Below are positions 62,608 through 64,000 of a DNA stretch of 64,000 bases, piece by piece. The first letter of the stretch is position 1. Every line of letters starts with the position of its first letter. The stretch is from Clostridia bacterium (GTDB taxonomy: Bacteria; Bacillota; Clostridia; Oscillospirales; CAG-272), in contig JAFTLJ010000072.1 in the NCBI GenBank assembly GCA_017456005.1, forward strand, positions 74,372 to 138,371. The letters run 5' to 3'. Both the position numbers and the translations under genes were made by a program. The notes beneath the pieces are model-generated. The model was not told the origin of the DNA and made no database searches. It was given only the letters and a program-made list of their open reading frames with translations.

Positions 62608-64000
62608 TTAAAATCTGAAATAAATAAATGGGTTGAACGACCCGTTTATAAGGCTTGCTGTGCATACGAGCAATATTATTATATAGCATATGGGCTTTAA
62701 GAGCGAAAGCGTAATATCTCCCGCTTCTTTTGCGGAAATAAGAGAAACAAGTTTTTTTGCGATCGGAGTGGCAAGAAGCGCAGAAATGCAAAGCGTGGCA
62801 GAATAACTTGTAAGATAATACAGCGCTTCATCGTTATATATATCAATACCTTGCGCGCCAAACATGGCGGAAAGTGTTATCCCCGCTTCCGAAACATTTG
62901 CGGAGTTAAATATTACAAAGCCAATAACAGTCAGAAAAAGAGTATATATATGCCCTATTATATTTCCGGGTATCTTCGGTATTTTTGAAAACAGCGGCAA
63001 AAGAAAGAATTTTTCTACAATAAGAATTATTCCAAAATAAAGACCCCAAAGTATAAAGTTCCATTCCGCACCATGCCAAAATCCGGTAAGCATCCATACA
63101 ACCAATATATTTAGTATCAAACGCCACTTTTTCACTCTGTTGCCGCCAAGTGGTATATATACATAATCGCGGAACCAAGTACCAAGTGAAATGTGCCATC
63201 TGCGCCAGAATTCCGTTATGCTTTTTGATATATATGGATAGTTAAAGTTTTCGAGAAAATGAAAGCCAAATACCCTGCCGAGCCCTATAGCCATATCGGA
63301 ATATCCCGAAAAGTCAAAATATATTTGCAAAGTAAATGCCACCGCACCCATCCAATACGAAAGTACGGTTTTTTCTTGAAGCCCCGAAATAATTACGCCA
63401 AGTTCTGCAAGTGTATTTGAAAGTAATACTTTTTTACCTAGACCGATGGCAAATCTGCCCACACCGTATGCAATATCATCCAATGAATGTTTTCGACCTT
63501 TTAACTCTTCTTGAACCGTGGAATATCTTACGATCGGGCCCGCAATGAGCTGTGGAAAAAGCGAAACGTAGGTTGCAAAATCAAAGAAATTGCGCTGTAC
63601 TACGGCTTCCCCTCTATACAAATCTATTGTATAACTTAATATTTGGAAAGTATAAAAGCTTATACCTATCGGAAGCGCAAAAGAAAGCGCGCCTATTTCC
63701 GTGCCGAAAATATTATTTATATTGTTTATAAAAAAATTGCTGTACTTAAAAAATCCCAAAAGCCCTACGCCTATGACAATAGAAGAAATAAGAGCCGACT
63801 TTGCTCCCTTTCTTCCGCGATATTTTTCTATAAGTAATCCGTGCGCATACCCGGAAAGCGCAGCGGCTATCATAAGAAATACATATATAGGCTCTCCGGC
63901 AAAATAAAAGAAAAGGCTTGAAAGCAACAAAACAATATTTTTTGCTTTTGGCGGCACTATAAAATAAATAATAACAGTAATAGTCAAGAAGTAATATATA
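62608..64000 (-). CDS. MBOAT-family O-acyltransferase (AlgI/DltB-like); 5' end lies outside the window
   Basis: Polytopic protein with FW.RWHISL..W.RDYVYIPLGG and the conserved His in GFWHG. The frame stays open upstream of the TTG at 63987 to the window edge. Confidence 0.85.
   Translation of the reverse strand, partial: IYYFLTITVIIYFIVPPKAKNIVLLLSSLFFYFAGEPIYVFLMIAAALSGYAHGLLIEKYRGRKGAKSALISSIVIGVGLLGFFKYSNFFINNINNIFGTEIGALSFALPIGISFYTFQILSYTIDLYRGEAVVQRNFFDFATYVSLFPQLIAGPIVRYSTVQEELKGRKHSLDDIAYGVGRFAIGLGKKVLLSNTLAELGVIISGLQEKTVLSYWMGAVAFTLQIYFDFSGYSDMAIGLGRVFGFHFLENFNYPYISKSITEFWRRWHISLGTWFRDYVYIPLGGNRVKKWRLILNILVVWMLTGFWHGAEWNFILWGLYFGIILIVEKFFLLPLFSKIPKIPGNIIGHIYTLFLTVIGFVIFNSANVSEAGITLSAMFGAQGIDIYNDEALYYLTSYSATLCISALLATPIAKKLVSLISAKEAGDITLSLLKPICYIIILLVCTASLINGSFNPFIYFRF

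Noticed and set aside
1-64000. A scan for CRISPR arrays, rRNA or tRNA genes, riboswitch-sized leaders, transposase genes and prophage blocks.
   Set aside because: I saw no regularly spaced direct repeats, no conserved rRNA or tRNA sequence, and no untranslated leader longer than about 160 nt upstream of a biosynthetic or transport operon. The only mobile-element-type gene is the small serine recombinase. This was a visual scan only, so small ncRNAs cannot be excluded.

Overview
The window looks like a chromosomal segment of a spore-forming Firmicute, class Clostridia. By eye it is mid-40s %GC, with some AT-richer patches. I support 65 protein genes plus one gene relic; I saw no rRNA, tRNA or CRISPR array. 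Housekeeping blocks: nrdR; dusB; ruvCAB; ecfA1-ecfA2-ecfT-truA; a ClpE-type AAA+ ATPase; an amino-acid ABC importer; spoIIAA-spoIIAB-sigF; ylxM-ffh-rpsP-khpA; hup-rqcP(yabO)-yabP-yabQ-divIC; and pyrH-frr-uppS-cdsA-rseP-ispG-polC. Accessory content: an MFS-GH94-YhcH sugar operon, GH130, a CE7 esterase, a NodB deacetylase lipoprotein, a tandem-cyclophilin lipoprotein with an M6 protease, two ABC exporters, a Fur-family (Zur-like) regulator with a metal ABC ATPase and permease, two tandem COG0523 GTPase-like genes, an MBOAT-DHHW pair, two XRE-HTH/helical-repeat paralogues and a small serine recombinase. I found no clear self-contained novel multi-gene system. The most unusual structure is regulatory. 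One -10/leader module heads both XRE paralogues and an orphan 12-codon XRE gene relic. A homologous 50-nt promoter module brackets the recombinase gene, which sits where the conserved ffh-rpsP-khpA(-rimM-trmD-rplS) string stops. Other points: a triplicated His/Cys module in a COG0523 protein, a COG0523-N/DUF1980-C fusion, clustered Spo0A-box-like heptamers, and a strong terminator 12 nt before spoIIAA. All homology calls come from reading motifs by eye; no searches were run.
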